Numbered from the stretch's first letter, positions 8,607 to 17,769 are shown. The stretch: 64,000 nt of DNA from Pseudomonadota bacterium (GCA_021324155.1 JAJPJQ010000051.1:199293-263292), one strand, 5' to 3'. Notes: generated from the sequence alone by a model not told the origin. A program made the numbers and translations.

Positions 8607-9557
8607 TTAGTGCTTTTTGTGCCCAAAAGTCTTCTCGTAATCTCTTTGTAACGATTCTGGAATAAATTCGCTTTCCAGCTTTCTTATCTTGCCGATGCCG
8701 ATGAGCGGCTCCTGCGCCCGCGGCACCACGCCCCATTTATTTTTCTGCGCGCGCGCGTTCCATTCCTCCACCGCGGCGGGGCCTTTTTCTTTGAAGTCGT
8801 GCATCAGCTCCCAGGTCGCCTGGAGACCGTTCGCGGTCGTGAGGCTCGGAAACAGCACCGCGGCGGCGCCCAACTCGCAGAATTCCTCCAGCGTCGGCGA
8901 CGGCGGCGGCCCGTAGTACGGCGCGATCACGGGCGCGGGAATGCGCCTGCACGCTTCTTTGATTTCTTCGCGCGTCCGCAGCGTGTTCACCCACACGGCG
9001 TCCACTCCGGCCTTTTCCACGTAGGCGATCGAGCGCGCCATGGCGTCTTCGAAATCGCCCTGCTCCGAGCCGATGGAGTCGCAGCGCGCGACGACGACGA
9101 AGTCGGGATCGAGCTCGTTGCGCGCCGCAACCGCGGCGCGGTACTTCCCGATCGCCTCGTCGACCGAGATGAGCCGCCGGCCGGCGAGCGTGCCGGATTT
9201 CTTCGGCGCCTCCTGGTCCTCGATGTGTAGCGCGGCGGCGCCGGCGCGGATGTATTCCTGCACGGCGTGGTACGCGCTCACCGCGTTGCCGTAGCCGGTG
9301 TCGGCGTCGGCGAAGATCGCGATGTTGGTTCCGGCAGCGAGCCGGCGCGCAGCTTCGACCATCTCGGCGAGGCCGATGAGGCCGACGTCAGGATAGCCGT
9401 AGAGATAGGCCGCGATCTGCGAGCCAGCCATGAAAAACGCTTCGTAGCCCAACGCTTCCGCCATGCGCGCGTGCAGCGGGCTGAAGCCGCCGGGCATCAC
9501 GAGCAGCTCGGGAGATTTCAACAATGCGCGAAAACGCGCGGAGGGTTTGATTGTCAT
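8607..9557 (-). CDS. isocitrate lyase/PEP mutase superfamily enzyme (methylisocitrate lyase / oxaloacetate decarboxylase-like)
   Basis: 316-aa ORF. LVMPGGFSPLHARMAEALGYEAFFMAGS, DADTGYGN and AAALHIEDQ are the ICL/PEPM superfamily signatures. Confidence 0.75.
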   Translation of the reverse strand: MTIKPSARFRALLKSPELLVMPGGFSPLHARMAEALGYEAFFMAGSQIAAYLYGYPDVGLIGLAEMVEAARRLAAGTNIAIFADADTGYGNAVSAYHAVQEYIRAGAAALHIEDQEAPKKSGTLAGRRLISVDEAIGKYRAAVAARNELDPDFVVVARCDSIGSEQGDFEDAMARSIAYVEKAGVDAVWVNTLRTREEIKEACRRIPAPVIAPYYGPPPSPTLEEFCELGAAAVLFPSLTTANGLQATWELMHDFKEKGPAAVEEWNARAQKNKWGVVPRAQEPLIGIGKIRKLESEFIPESLQRDYEKTFGHKKH

Positions 9558-9684
9558 AGGGGCGAAATATCAAGGCAAGAGCCGAGAGGCAACAGGCGTG
9601 AGCCGGAAACGAACCCCTAAGAATATTCAGCGTAGTTTAGATATTCTGGCAAGATACAGCTGATTTCTTCATCGCGATCGCGCT

Positions 9685-10689
9685 TCAGCCTTCGCCGATG
9701 CGCCGGATCGCGATACCGAGCGCGCGCGACGCATTGCCTTCGAGGATGGCGCGGCGCTCGTCGGCGGTGATGGCGAGCTGCGCGATACGCGCGACCGGAT
9801 CGAAATCGCCCATCGCCATCGGGTAGTCCGTGCCGATTACGACGCGGTCGGCGCCGACTGTGCGGACCAAATACGCGAGCGCAGCGGCGGAATGAACGAT
9901 CGTGTCGTAATAGAATCGCGCGAGATATTCCGAAGGCTTCTTGTCGATGTGTTTTCTCAATTCGGCGCGCACGCCGTAGGCGTGATCGAGCCGCCAGATG
10001 TTGAACGCCAGCAGGCCGCCGCCATGCGAGAGACAGAGCCGTAAATTTTGATACTTCTCGAAAAGTCCTTTTAATATCAGACGCTCGATCATGAGCGTCG
10101 TCCGATACGGGAACTGAACGACGTTTCCCAGCATCGCGTTGACCGGATCGTCCATGTCGATGCCATCTTCCGTCGGGTGGACGAACAGCAAGAGGTCGAG
10201 TGCTTGCGCCGCCTCGAAGAACGGCTCGAAAACAGGATCGTCGAGCTGCTTGTCGCCGACCGCCGTCCCAATCTCAAGACCCTTAAGACCGATGCGCTTC
10301 GCGTGATCGGCGACGGCGATCGCTTCGCCCACGTCCTGCAGCGGCACGCTGCCGAAGCCGACGAACCGCTCGGGATATTTTCCGGCGACGGCGCGGATCG
10401 CCTCGTTCTGAAGCCGCGAGAAATATCCCGCAGCGGCTGGGTCGTCCCAGTAAAACAGCATGATCGGCGAAGGCGAAAGCGCCTGGAGATCGATCTGCAT
10501 GCGGTCGAGCTCGCCGAGGCGCACGGCCCCGTCGTACATGGCGGCGGTGAGATTCGCGCGAACTCCGCCGCCGGACTTGATGGTCAAGCGGCCGCCGGCG
10601 AGGTCGGCGGTGGGCGCCTTGTCGCGGAATTTACTCGCGCTTTGAAACGCTTCGATGGGGAAAAAATGCGAGTGCAGATCGATGTTCAT
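9685..10689 (-). CDS. amidohydrolase-2 family protein (ACMSD-like metal-dependent hydrolase/decarboxylase)
   Basis: 334-aa ORF. MNIDLHSHFFP N-terminus (HxH) plus later FVHP, LSHGGG and GTDYP motifs match the PF04909 architecture. Confidence 0.75.
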   Translation of the reverse strand: MNIDLHSHFFPIEAFQSASKFRDKAPTADLAGGRLTIKSGGGVRANLTAAMYDGAVRLGELDRMQIDLQALSPSPIMLFYWDDPAAAGYFSRLQNEAIRAVAGKYPERFVGFGSVPLQDVGEAIAVADHAKRIGLKGLEIGTAVGDKQLDDPVFEPFFEAAQALDLLLFVHPTEDGIDMDDPVNAMLGNVVQFPYRTTLMIERLILKGLFEKYQNLRLCLSHGGGLLAFNIWRLDHAYGVRAELRKHIDKKPSEYLARFYYDTIVHSAAALAYLVRTVGADRVVIGTDYPMAMGDFDPVARIAQLAITADERRAILEGNASRALGIAIRRIGEG

Positions 10690-10698
10690 GCGAGTGGT

Positions 10699-11565
10699 TT
10701 ACGCGCGCTGCAAATTCGCCTGGAAGAAATCGAGCGTCCGCGCCCACGCCTCCCTCGCCGCCTCGGGATGATAGCGCTCGACGTTATTGTCGCTGTGAAA
10801 ACCGTGCTGCGCGCCGGGATAGATCTTGTACGTGTACGATTTGCCGTACTTCTTCATAGCCTCGACCGTGCCGGGAATATCCTGGTTGACGCCGGGATCT
10901 TTCTCGCCGTAGTGCGCCAGCACCGGCGCCTCGACCGTTTTCACGCGGTCGAGCGGCTGCGGGCTGCGGCCGTAGAAGACAACCACCGCGGAGAGGCCGC
11001 GCACTTCCGCCGCTGACGAGAAGGTCATCTCGCCGCCCCAGCAAAAGCCCACCGTCCCGAGACGGTCGCCGCGCACATACGAGAGCGAGCGGAGATAGTC
11101 GCAGGCCGCCGCCGAGTCTTCGGCGACTTTTTGCCATGGCGCGAGCTCGCGAATATTCCCCAGGCCTTCGCCCTTAGGATTCACCTTGGCGGTGCCGCCC
11201 TGGCGCGACAAGAAATCGACCGCGAGCGCGGCGTAACCGGCGCGCGCGAGCCGACGCGCGACGTCGCGCGTGTACTCATTGATGCCCTGATTCGCATGCG
11301 TGATGACGACGCCGGGAGTTTGTCGGCTCCCCGGACGCGCGAGATAACCGGAGATCGGTCCGACCTTGCCTTTGAACTCTACGTTCCCCGCCAAGACTTG
11401 GACTTTGCTCCGCTCACGGACGCCGTCTGCGCCCGCCGCGCAGCCAAAGAGCGCGCCAGCCGCCGCGACGCCGCCCGCGATGCGGAAGGTTTTCAGCACG
11501 AATTCGCGTCGGCTGATTTTGCCGTCGCGATAATCCTGAATCAGCGCTTTCAGCTCCTCACTCAT
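10699..11565 (-). CDS. dienelactone hydrolase family protein (Tat-exported)
   Basis: 288-aa ORF. ISRREFVLKTFRIAGGVAAAGA is a twin-arginine signal. GFCWGG nucleophile elbow and a C-terminal HGF motif match the DLH fold. Confidence 0.75.
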   Translation of the reverse strand: MSEELKALIQDYRDGKISRREFVLKTFRIAGGVAAAGALFGCAAGADGVRERSKVQVLAGNVEFKGKVGPISGYLARPGSRQTPGVVITHANQGINEYTRDVARRLARAGYAALAVDFLSRQGGTAKVNPKGEGLGNIRELAPWQKVAEDSAAACDYLRSLSYVRGDRLGTVGFCWGGEMTFSSAAEVRGLSAVVVFYGRSPQPLDRVKTVEAPVLAHYGEKDPGVNQDIPGTVEAMKKYGKSYTYKIYPGAQHGFHSDNNVERYHPEAAREAWARTLDFFQANLQRA

Positions 11566-11751
11566 TTCTCCTCCCTGTGAATCAGCGCTTCTGCCCCTGG
11601 AAAGCGTCTTTCCCGTTTAGAACCGGCTTAAAATAGGCATATCGCCCGGCGCGGTCAATACGTATTTCTATGAAGATTTGCCGTGCCCGAGCGTGGGCGC
11701 CGAGGAGGATTCCGGCGATTGATCTTTGAGGCATGATGGCCTAGAATTAAA

Positions 11752-11827
11752 CGCGATAGAATTCTTCCTTGTTGGACAGCAAAGACGAAGCCCCGCGGGA
11801 CTTCCTATCGCGTTCGGGGCTTTTTTT
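11752..11827 (+). promoter_or_regulatory. putative leader with mutually exclusive hairpins ending in an intrinsic terminator
   Basis: CGCGATAG (11752-59) can pair with CTATCGCG (11805-12). Alternatively GCCCCG (11790-95) pairs with CGGGGC (11815-20) and is followed by T7 (11821-27). This lies 33 nt upstream of the GGAGG RBS of ORF 11861..12232. Confidence 0.3.
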
Positions 11828-11860
11828 ATTTCGCTAAACAAATCTCAGGAGGGAAACGCC

Positions 11861-12232
11861 ATGACGGGACGCGAGGTGATCAAGGAAAACGACGCGATTT
11901 TACGCGGCATCGTGCGCAGCATCGACAAGAACCTCGACTACTCGACCGTCGAGGCGCCGCAAGCCGAGACGCCGAGATTCACCGTGCAGCTTTCGCTTCG
12001 CGGGCGGCGCGCGACGGTGTCCCTCGCGCTCGACGATCTCATCGCCGCGGCGCAGGATGTGGTCCGTCGGAACGCTATCCGCCAGAAGATTAAGAGCGTC
12101 CACGACCACATGATGGATACTCATGTCGTGGACGTCATGGGCAACAAAACGGCGCGCATGCTGAAGGAATCGGCGGCGAGCCAGGAGGCGTTCCAGAAGC
12201 CCAGCTTTAACCGCCGGTCGCCGCGGCGCTGA
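11861..12232 (+). CDS. hypothetical protein
   Basis: ORF 11726..12232 trimmed to the Met preceded by GGAGGGAAACGCC. 123 aa, no recognisable family. Confidence 0.4.
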   Translation: MTGREVIKENDAILRGIVRSIDKNLDYSTVEAPQAETPRFTVQLSLRGRRATVSLALDDLIAAAQDVVRRNAIRQKIKSVHDHMMDTHVVDVMGNKTARMLKESAASQEAFQKPSFNRRSPRR

Positions 12233-12251
12233 ACCCGCACATCGCGCAATA

Positions 12252-12286
12252 AAAAAGGCCCGGATCTCTCGATCCGGGCCTTTTTG
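12252..12286. terminator. bidirectional rho-independent terminator between convergent genes
   Basis: GGCCCGGATC-TCTC-GATCCGGGCC perfect 10-bp stem with A-run upstream and T-run downstream (aaaaaaGGCCCGGATCtctcGATCCGGGCCtttttgttt). Confidence 0.75.
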
Positions 12287-12303
12287 TTTGGTCTGTGACT
12301 GTT

Positions 12304-12783
12304 CTAACGACCGCCGGGGCCGCCGCGATCACCCCATTCACGCAGCGACCATCCCGGACGCTGACGCGCGCAGAATTGCCGGTCGGCGTCGATGGTCCGG
12401 CGTGACCCTTCGATGTCGGCAGTTACGGAAAAGCAATGATCACGGTTGCGCAGCCGGTAGCCTTCCGCCGGCTGCATCTGGATCTCATTTACGCCAGGCC
12501 GCAGCATATAGCGCGCGCGCCCGACGAGCTCGTTGCTGTCGCGGATTTCGATTTCAGTCTCGCACGAGCGATCGCCGTCGAGACGAACCTTCACGATCCA
12601 ACTGCGCACCCGCTGCCCCTGGACGACGGGATCGGGCGACATATCCAGGTCCTGGATGCGCAGCCGATCACCCCGGCGACAGCCCCCGCCACGGCCGTAG
12701 GGCTGCGCACTGGCGTCCGACGCGAAGCCGATCAGCATCAACGCAGCGAGCGCGCCGAATAACGTGGTCTTCCACCAACCCAT
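12304..12783 (-). CDS. secreted hypothetical protein (signal peptide, 4 Cys, RGD motif)
   Basis: 159-aa ORF with signal peptide MGWWKTTLFGALAALMLIGFASDASA. No family recognised. Confidence 0.5.
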   Translation of the reverse strand: MGWWKTTLFGALAALMLIGFASDASAQPYGRGGGCRRGDRLRIQDLDMSPDPVVQGQRVRSWIVKVRLDGDRSCETEIEIRDSNELVGRARYMLRPGVNEIQMQPAEGYRLRNRDHCFSVTADIEGSRRTIDADRQFCARQRPGWSLREWGDRGGPGGR

Positions 12784-12874
12784 ATATTACCTCCTTAGCT
12801 ACCGCCCTAGCGTTTCTTGGGCCGCCTGCGGCAGTTTGTCGAGTCGATTTTTGACGGCATATATCGACGCCCCC

Positions 12875-13020
12875 TAACGGCAATAGTTATACCGGCAATA
12901 ACCGCCATGGCCGTAATACCCTCTGTGATAGCCTCCGCGGTCTACCCAGATGCAGCCCGCGAGCGACCCTAAGAGAGCAAACGTCAGAAGCGCAGTCGCC
13001 AGCTTTTTGGCTTTTGCCAT
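12875..13020 (-). CDS. miniature Tyr/Gly/Arg/Cys-rich lipoprotein (48 aa)
   Basis: Below the ORF-track size cutoff. ATG 13018-13020 to TAG 12875-12877 gives MAKAKKLATALLTFALLGSLAGCIWVDRGGYHRGYYGHGGYCRYNYCR. It has a lipobox LAGC and is a paralog of 13153..13335. Confidence 0.4.
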
Positions 13021-13104
13021 TGTCTTCACCCCCCTTCAGCCGTTTAGACGAACGTAGCGGCTAAAAGTTTAATAGCTTGAAATTAGTAGTTTAGGTCCAA
13101 TAGA

Positions 13105-13133
13105 AAAAGGCCCGAGTGGCGAAACTCGGGCCT
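13105..13133 (-). terminator. rho-independent terminator (minus strand)
   Basis: GGCCCGAGT-ggcgaa-ACTCGGGCC 9-bp stem. On the minus strand it is followed by TTTTTCT, directly downstream of the small lipoprotein gene 13153..13335. Confidence 0.6.
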
Positions 13134-13152
13134 CGGCGTGATGTAAAATTAG

Positions 13153-13335
13153 CTAGCAATCGCGATAGTATCGGCAGTCACGATAGCGATATTCGCCGGG
13201 GCTATGGAACCTAACGGGGCTTTGAAACGTAACGAGCGGGTAGGGCCCGCGCACGGTATAATAGCAGCCGCCGACCGAGGTCCCCAGAAGCGCCAGAACA
13301 GAACCCGCGAAGAGGAGTCTTTTAAGCTTGTCCAT
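13153..13335 (-). CDS. miniature Tyr/Arg/Cys-rich lipoprotein (60 aa)
   Basis: ORF 13153..13356 trimmed to the internal Met: MDKLKRLLFAGSVLALLGTSVGGCYYTVRGPYPLVTFQSPVRFHSPGEYRYRDCRYYRDC. Has a lipobox VGGC and a Tyr/Arg-rich mature part with 3 Cys. Confidence 0.45.
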   Translation of the reverse strand: MDKLKRLLFAGSVLALLGTSVGGCYYTVRGPYPLVTFQSPVRFHSPGEYRYRDCRYYRDC

Positions 13336-13391
13336 CCACGCTCTCCTTTCTGGCACTGATTAGACGACGGACGCGCAAGATCGTTTACTCG

Positions 13392-14870
13392 TTATTGAGG
13401 AAAATTCGCTACCTTGCGCGCGTCGCCGGTCAGCTCGAGAATATGCATTCCGGTATTGGCACGATCGACGATGTAGATGTATCCGCGCTCGTCCACCTCG
13501 ACGTTGTTGGTTTGGATTGCGACTTTACATGCCTCGCCGCCCCCCGTCGCCGGCACGCACCGTTTGTCGGTGTGCTCGGTAATCGCCGGTATGTAGTAGC
13601 CAATCTCTTTTGGCCGATAAGGGTCGCGCACGTCGACGGCGCGCACGCCGGCGTTGAAATACGTGATAAAGAGAATCCGCTTGTAATAAATCGGCGTGAA
13701 CGACTCATTGCTCGAATGCGCGCCGAAGCGTCCGCCGCGCGCGCAGAAATCTCCGCTCGCGTCCAGCACCTGGAAATTCGAGACCGAAAACGGCCGCGAT
13801 TCTTTCGTTATGTCGACGAAAAAGACCATCTGCCGGAATTCGCGGCATTCGTTTTGCGTCGACTCGTTCACAATCGCGACGAAATCGGCGCGCTGGCCTT
13901 TGCCGCTGCGGGCGAACTCCGAAATATCCATGCCAAGGAGCGGAAATGCAGTGTGCGCGCCGGTCGGCGGATACAGATCGAGGCGCCCGATCTGCGCGTA
14001 GAGGATATTTTCTACCGTCGGCGCGAACGGGTCGCGGGCGTTGGGATCGCCTTTGATGAGCTTGTCGCGGTCGACGATCTGTAGCGTGCCGCTGCCGGCG
14101 GTGCCGTAGCCGAAATAAACGCGGTTGCCGAGCCGGATCGGCCCATGGAGCGGCTGCGGCGGCTCGCCCTTGGAGCCGGGCTCGGCGCCGACCAGGCCGT
14201 AATCGCGAATGAAGCGCGGTTTCGCCGGGTCGCTGAGATCGAAAATTTTGACGCCGCGGCTGCGCCAGCCCTCGTCTTTTTTGTACGCGACAAGATAAGC
14301 AATTCCGGTGTCGCACTCCCACCAGTTTTTGTGTGTGCTGGTGAGCTTCGAGAGCACCGTGGTGACGAGACTAGGCCGCGTGGGATCGGTCACATCCCAG
14401 AGCTCCTGGCCTTGATTGCCGAGCGTGCGGAGGAGAAAGAATTTCGAGCGATCGGCGCCCGGCAGGCCACCGCATACGCGAGACATCTGGGCTCCTCCGG
14501 CCTCTCCGGTTCCTTCCGCGGAGCCGGGGATGTGATGCAAATAGCGCGGCTTGGCCGGGTCCGTAACGTCGAGGATCGACGTGCCGTTCGGCTCATTCTT
14601 GCCGGTCAGTGGATTCAGCGCGCTGCCGCCGTGATGGCCGATATACGCGATCCAGCGACTCCCCTGCTGCTGGATGACCGGCTGATATGCGCTTCGCGCC
14701 TGAAGGTCGTCGGCGCCGACAAGACGCATATTCTGAGTCTCGGCGGGTCGGCTCTTTTCCGCTGCCGAGGCAGCGGGCCCCGCCAACGTGACCAAGCCGA
14801 CGACGACAGCCGGAGCATGCAGGCGCAGCGCCCGCGACGAGACACGATTCATCGCCTTACCCTCCCTCAC
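13392..14870 (-). CDS. secreted LVIVD-repeat beta-propeller protein
   Basis: 492-aa ORF with a signal peptide after MNRVSSRALRLHAPAVVVGLVTLAGPAASA. Recurrent D-hydrophobic-x-DP blocks (ILDVTDP, LWDVTDP, IFDLSDP, VDVRDP, YIVDRAN) are typical of LVIVD repeats. Confidence 0.6.
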   Translation of the reverse strand: MREGKAMNRVSSRALRLHAPAVVVGLVTLAGPAASAAEKSRPAETQNMRLVGADDLQARSAYQPVIQQQGSRWIAYIGHHGGSALNPLTGKNEPNGTSILDVTDPAKPRYLHHIPGSAEGTGEAGGAQMSRVCGGLPGADRSKFFLLRTLGNQGQELWDVTDPTRPSLVTTVLSKLTSTHKNWWECDTGIAYLVAYKKDEGWRSRGVKIFDLSDPAKPRFIRDYGLVGAEPGSKGEPPQPLHGPIRLGNRVYFGYGTAGSGTLQIVDRDKLIKGDPNARDPFAPTVENILYAQIGRLDLYPPTGAHTAFPLLGMDISEFARSGKGQRADFVAIVNESTQNECREFRQMVFFVDITKESRPFSVSNFQVLDASGDFCARGGRFGAHSSNESFTPIYYKRILFITYFNAGVRAVDVRDPYRPKEIGYYIPAITEHTDKRCVPATGGGEACKVAIQTNNVEVDERGYIYIVDRANTGMHILELTGDARKVANFPQ

Positions 14871-14999
14871 GGCTTTTATCGGCCGAGAAAATAGGGCAAC
14901 TCAGGCAACGCCGTCAAGGTATGTTTTTAGCCGCAAACGGAGCAAGCGGAGGAGCAGGATGAACAAAAAAGGACGATTCGGAACCAGCCAGCAGCCTAT

Positions 15000-15221
15000 T
15001 TACAAAGTGAATACCGTCGCACCTTGGCCGCGAACCTCGATCGGGTCGAAGTCGCGGAGCTCGCGAATCTCGATCGTATCCTCGACGAAATCACCGCCAG
15101 TGACGTTGCTCAATAGCTCGACGGCTTTTTCTTTGGTCGGCTGCGCCGAAGATTCGGCGAAGAGCGTCCGGGAGACTTTGGCTTGTCCCGCTTTAACGCG
15201 AAATTTAAGTACGTAAACCAC
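15000..15221 (-). CDS. hypothetical small protein
   Basis: 73-aa ORF in a lower-GC intergenic stretch. Weak support. Confidence 0.3.
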   Translation of the reverse strand: MVYVLKFRVKAGQAKVSRTLFAESSAQPTKEKAVELLSNVTGGDFVEDTIEIRELRDFDPIEVRGQGATVFTL

Positions 15222-15266
15222 GACATTCCTCCTTAAGAAAGAGCTATAGGTTTCTCGGGCCTCTTT

Positions 15267-15395
15267 CTAGCTTGGATTGCGTTTCGAGCCGGTCTGCCTA
15301 CCGTCCTGAGGCCGAACTTTCACCCGCCCCTCAATGGCTCTCAGCCATCCCAACACGACGAGCAGCGAACCCAAGACAATAATCATTTCGGTCAT
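15267..15395 (-). CDS. putative 42-aa single-TM peptide
   Basis: Below the ORF-track cutoff. GGAGG-N5-ATG, then MTEMIIVLGSLLVVLGWLRAIEGRVKVRPQDGRQTGSKRNPS. One hydrophobic helix followed by a basic tail. Confidence 0.25.
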   Translation of the reverse strand: MTEMIIVLGSLLVVLGWLRAIEGRVKVRPQDGRQTGSKRNPS

Positions 15396-15677
15396 CGCGA
15401 CCTCCGTCATCCTTCTGACCAATTTCGTTCAGCAATGAATATGCCAAGCGCATGATTGTATGGAACTTTAAAAGTTTTGCCCAGGTGAGCGCCTTCGATG
15501 ACATAAACCGGCATATTCCAATTGATTCGACGAACCAAATTTCGTTCCTATTCATACTACGAACGAGCCCGGGGCAATCGTCGGTGGGAAGTAAAAATGA
15601 CAGAGTTACCTAGAAGCTCCAGACTGCCTATGCGCTGTAGCTTGTCGCGCGGGAATGAGCCTCGACCGGTTGGCGTT

Positions 15678-16670
15678 CTACTTCTCGACCGTGACACCCG
15701 CCTGCTGCAGAACGGAGCGCATTAAAACAATCTGCTCGTCGAAGAACGGACCTAGAGCCGCGCTTTTGAGAAAGACGTCCTCGACCTGATTCTCTTCCAG
15801 GTATTCTTTCCAGCTGCGAGTAGCCGCTAGCCGGGCGAAAAAGTCCTCCCAATAAGCGACTACCTCGCGACCCACCCCCGGAGGGGCCAGTATGCCGCGG
15901 GCATTCGCGATGATCGGCATCTGGATTCCCTGCTCCTTGATCGTCGGGAGATCCGGCAAAATCGCCAGCCGTTTCTCCGTAAAGGCCGCGATCGGCCGCA
16001 TCTTTCCGTTGGCGATGTACTCGTTTACATCCTGCGGCTGGGGAATGATGATCTGCACGTTGTTCGAGAGCAGATTTGCAATCCGGTCCTTGATCGCGGG
16101 CGTCGATACAAAAGTCCACTTCGCGCCGGTCGCGCTCTGGACAAGCAATCCCGTCAGGCTTTCGATGGCAGTCGCCGAGCCGCCCGCCTGCTTGAGGGCC
16201 ATGGGATTTTTCTTCGCCGCGGCGACGAAATCGTTCATCGTCTTGTACGGCGAATCGCCTCTGACCACTGCGATCGTCGGCTCGAGCACAAGCCGCACGA
16301 CCGGTGTGAGATCTTTGACGCTGTACTTCGCTTGCTTGCTCGTGAGCGGCGTCGCGACCCAAGTATTAGTGAAGACGGCGATTGTATGATCGTCGCCTTT
16401 CTTGGTTACGAGGTATTCCATCGCCTCGATGCTCGCGCCGGCAGTCTTGTTCACGACGCGCAACGACTGATCGAGCAGCTTCTCTTTTCCGATCATCTCG
16501 ACCACCGCGCGAGCGAAAACGTCGGAGCCGCCGCCGAGCGCGCTGTGCACCACGATCTCGACCGGGCGCGTCGGGTGAAAACTCTGCGCTCCGGCTACGA
16601 AAACTTGACAGAGAGACGCGATGTAACATCCGGTCGCGCAGAGTGCGTGCCGCGTAAATCTCATCGGCAT
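15678..16670 (-). CDS. tctC: tripartite tricarboxylate transporter substrate-binding protein (TctC/Bug family)
   Basis: ORF 15678..17114 trimmed to the Met at 16668-16670, which is preceded by AGGAGG. The N-terminal extension overlaps the upstream methyltransferase gene. ~330 aa with signal peptide and the Bug/TctC fold. No tctA/tctB is adjacent. Confidence 0.7.
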   Translation of the reverse strand: MPMRFTRHALCATGCYIASLCQVFVAGAQSFHPTRPVEIVVHSALGGGSDVFARAVVEMIGKEKLLDQSLRVVNKTAGASIEAMEYLVTKKGDDHTIAVFTNTWVATPLTSKQAKYSVKDLTPVVRLVLEPTIAVVRGDSPYKTMNDFVAAAKKNPMALKQAGGSATAIESLTGLLVQSATGAKWTFVSTPAIKDRIANLLSNNVQIIIPQPQDVNEYIANGKMRPIAAFTEKRLAILPDLPTIKEQGIQMPIIANARGILAPPGVGREVVAYWEDFFARLAATRSWKEYLEENQVEDVFLKSAALGPFFDEQIVLMRSVLQQAGVTVEK

Positions 16671-17494
16671 TCCTCCTTCGGCGCTGCGGGCTTTTTCGCC
16701 GCGCCGAGAATCGCCGGCATCGGCAGCTCCACAGCGCCGTTTCTGAGGTACAGGCCGCTGGCGTTGCTCATCATGGTGCGGATGCTGCGCAGCGCCTCCG
16801 GTGTCTGATGCCGCAACAATCCGGCGGTACGCACCGTCGCCGTTTGCATCGTCTGAAACAGCGCATCGACAGACGGCAACCGCCACGTCTGGGCAATTTT
16901 TTTCACCGCCGCATCCGTAAATCCCGCGGCGGCGAGCGACCGCGTGCTCTCCGCCCAGTCGCTGAAGCGAAAGAACGGCGGGCCGTCCGGCAGCGCGACG
17001 CGCATATCCCCGTGCGTCAGGATCGCGCCGAGTGTAATGCCAAAGCCCGCCGCCTCCTGCGGCTTCGCCCAGACGGTGAACGCGAAGCGTCCGCCCGGCC
17101 GGAGCACCCGGCACGCTTCGGCCAGCGCCTTGTCGGGATCGCCCAGGTGCAGCAGGCCGAAGTTCATCGTAACCGCGTCGAAGCTGCCCTCCGCAAACGG
17201 CAGCGCCTCAGCGTCGCCCTGCTCGAAATTCACTTCCGAATATGTCTGCTGCGCCGCGGCGACCATCGGCGCGGAGAAATCGACGCCGGTCACGATCGCC
17301 CCGCGCTGTGCCGCCGCGCCCGCAACGTACCCGGGACCGCTCGCAACGTCGAGCAGGCGGATGCCGGATTCCGCGTTGACGGCGTCCAGCAAGGGCCCGA
17401 TCGACTGCTGTGTCAATTCGCCGAACGCGCCGGCGTACTCGTCGGCGACACTCTCCCAGCCCGCCCGCTCGAAGTCTTTGAAGCTCTGGGACAT
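16661..17494 (-). CDS. class I SAM-dependent methyltransferase (type 11)
   Basis: LLDVASGPGYVAG is a glycine-rich SAM motif I. Also has DAVTMNFGLLHL and LRPGGRF motifs. Start trimmed to MSQSFKDF. Confidence 0.7.
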   Translation of the reverse strand: MSQSFKDFERAGWESVADEYAGAFGELTQQSIGPLLDAVNAESGIRLLDVASGPGYVAGAAAQRGAIVTGVDFSAPMVAAAQQTYSEVNFEQGDAEALPFAEGSFDAVTMNFGLLHLGDPDKALAEACRVLRPGGRFAFTVWAKPQEAAGFGITLGAILTHGDMRVALPDGPPFFRFSDWAESTRSLAAAGFTDAAVKKIAQTWRLPSVDALFQTMQTATVRTAGLLRHQTPEALRSIRTMMSNASGLYLRNGAVELPMPAILGAAKKPAAPKEECR

Positions 17495-17713
17495 GAGGTG
17501 AAAAATAGGCAACGGCGAACACGACGTCAAGAACTGCTGTGATTACGCTCGATTATATGTCGCGTGAATTTTATAGGAGCCCGGCACGTCGAATGTGAAC
17601 GATGGTTGAACGCCGGATGAAGGCTGTCGACGGGAAATCCAAGGACAGCAAGTCCAAGGATTCCAAGTCGACCGACGCCCCGGGCAAGTAACCGCTATTC
17701 TCAGAGCGAAAGA

Positions 17714-17738
17714 GGCGGCTCCCTCCGCCGCCTTTCTC
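17714..17738. terminator. possible bidirectional terminator hairpin
   Basis: GGCGGC-tccctcc-GCCGCC followed by TTTCTC, located between the stop of 17770..18939 (-) and the upstream region. Confidence 0.3.
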
Positions 17739-17769
17739 GCTAGATTTCTTCAATCGATGGTCGGCGCGC

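Noticed and set aside
10177-11016. 279-aa plus-strand ORF across the amidohydrolase/dienelactone hydrolase genes
   Set aside because: Antisense to two genes with clear family signatures. Low-complexity Arg/Leu-rich translation.
15522-15725. 67-aa and 74-aa ORFs (15331..15555, 15522..15725) in the low-GC gap downstream of tctC
   Set aside because: Overlapping, no RBS, no protein-like composition. The region is more likely an acquired non-coding spacer. Only the 42-aa TM peptide with an RBS was retained as a low-confidence call.
17602-17691. 29-aa Lys/Ser-rich ORF (MVERRMKAVDGKSKDSKSKDSKSTDAPGK) with a downstream hairpin, in the gap between the methyltransferase and MetE-like genes
   Set aside because: No RBS, repetitive low-complexity sequence and no conservation evidence. 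Most likely chance. The hairpin at 17714-17738 is better explained as a terminator for the convergent gene.
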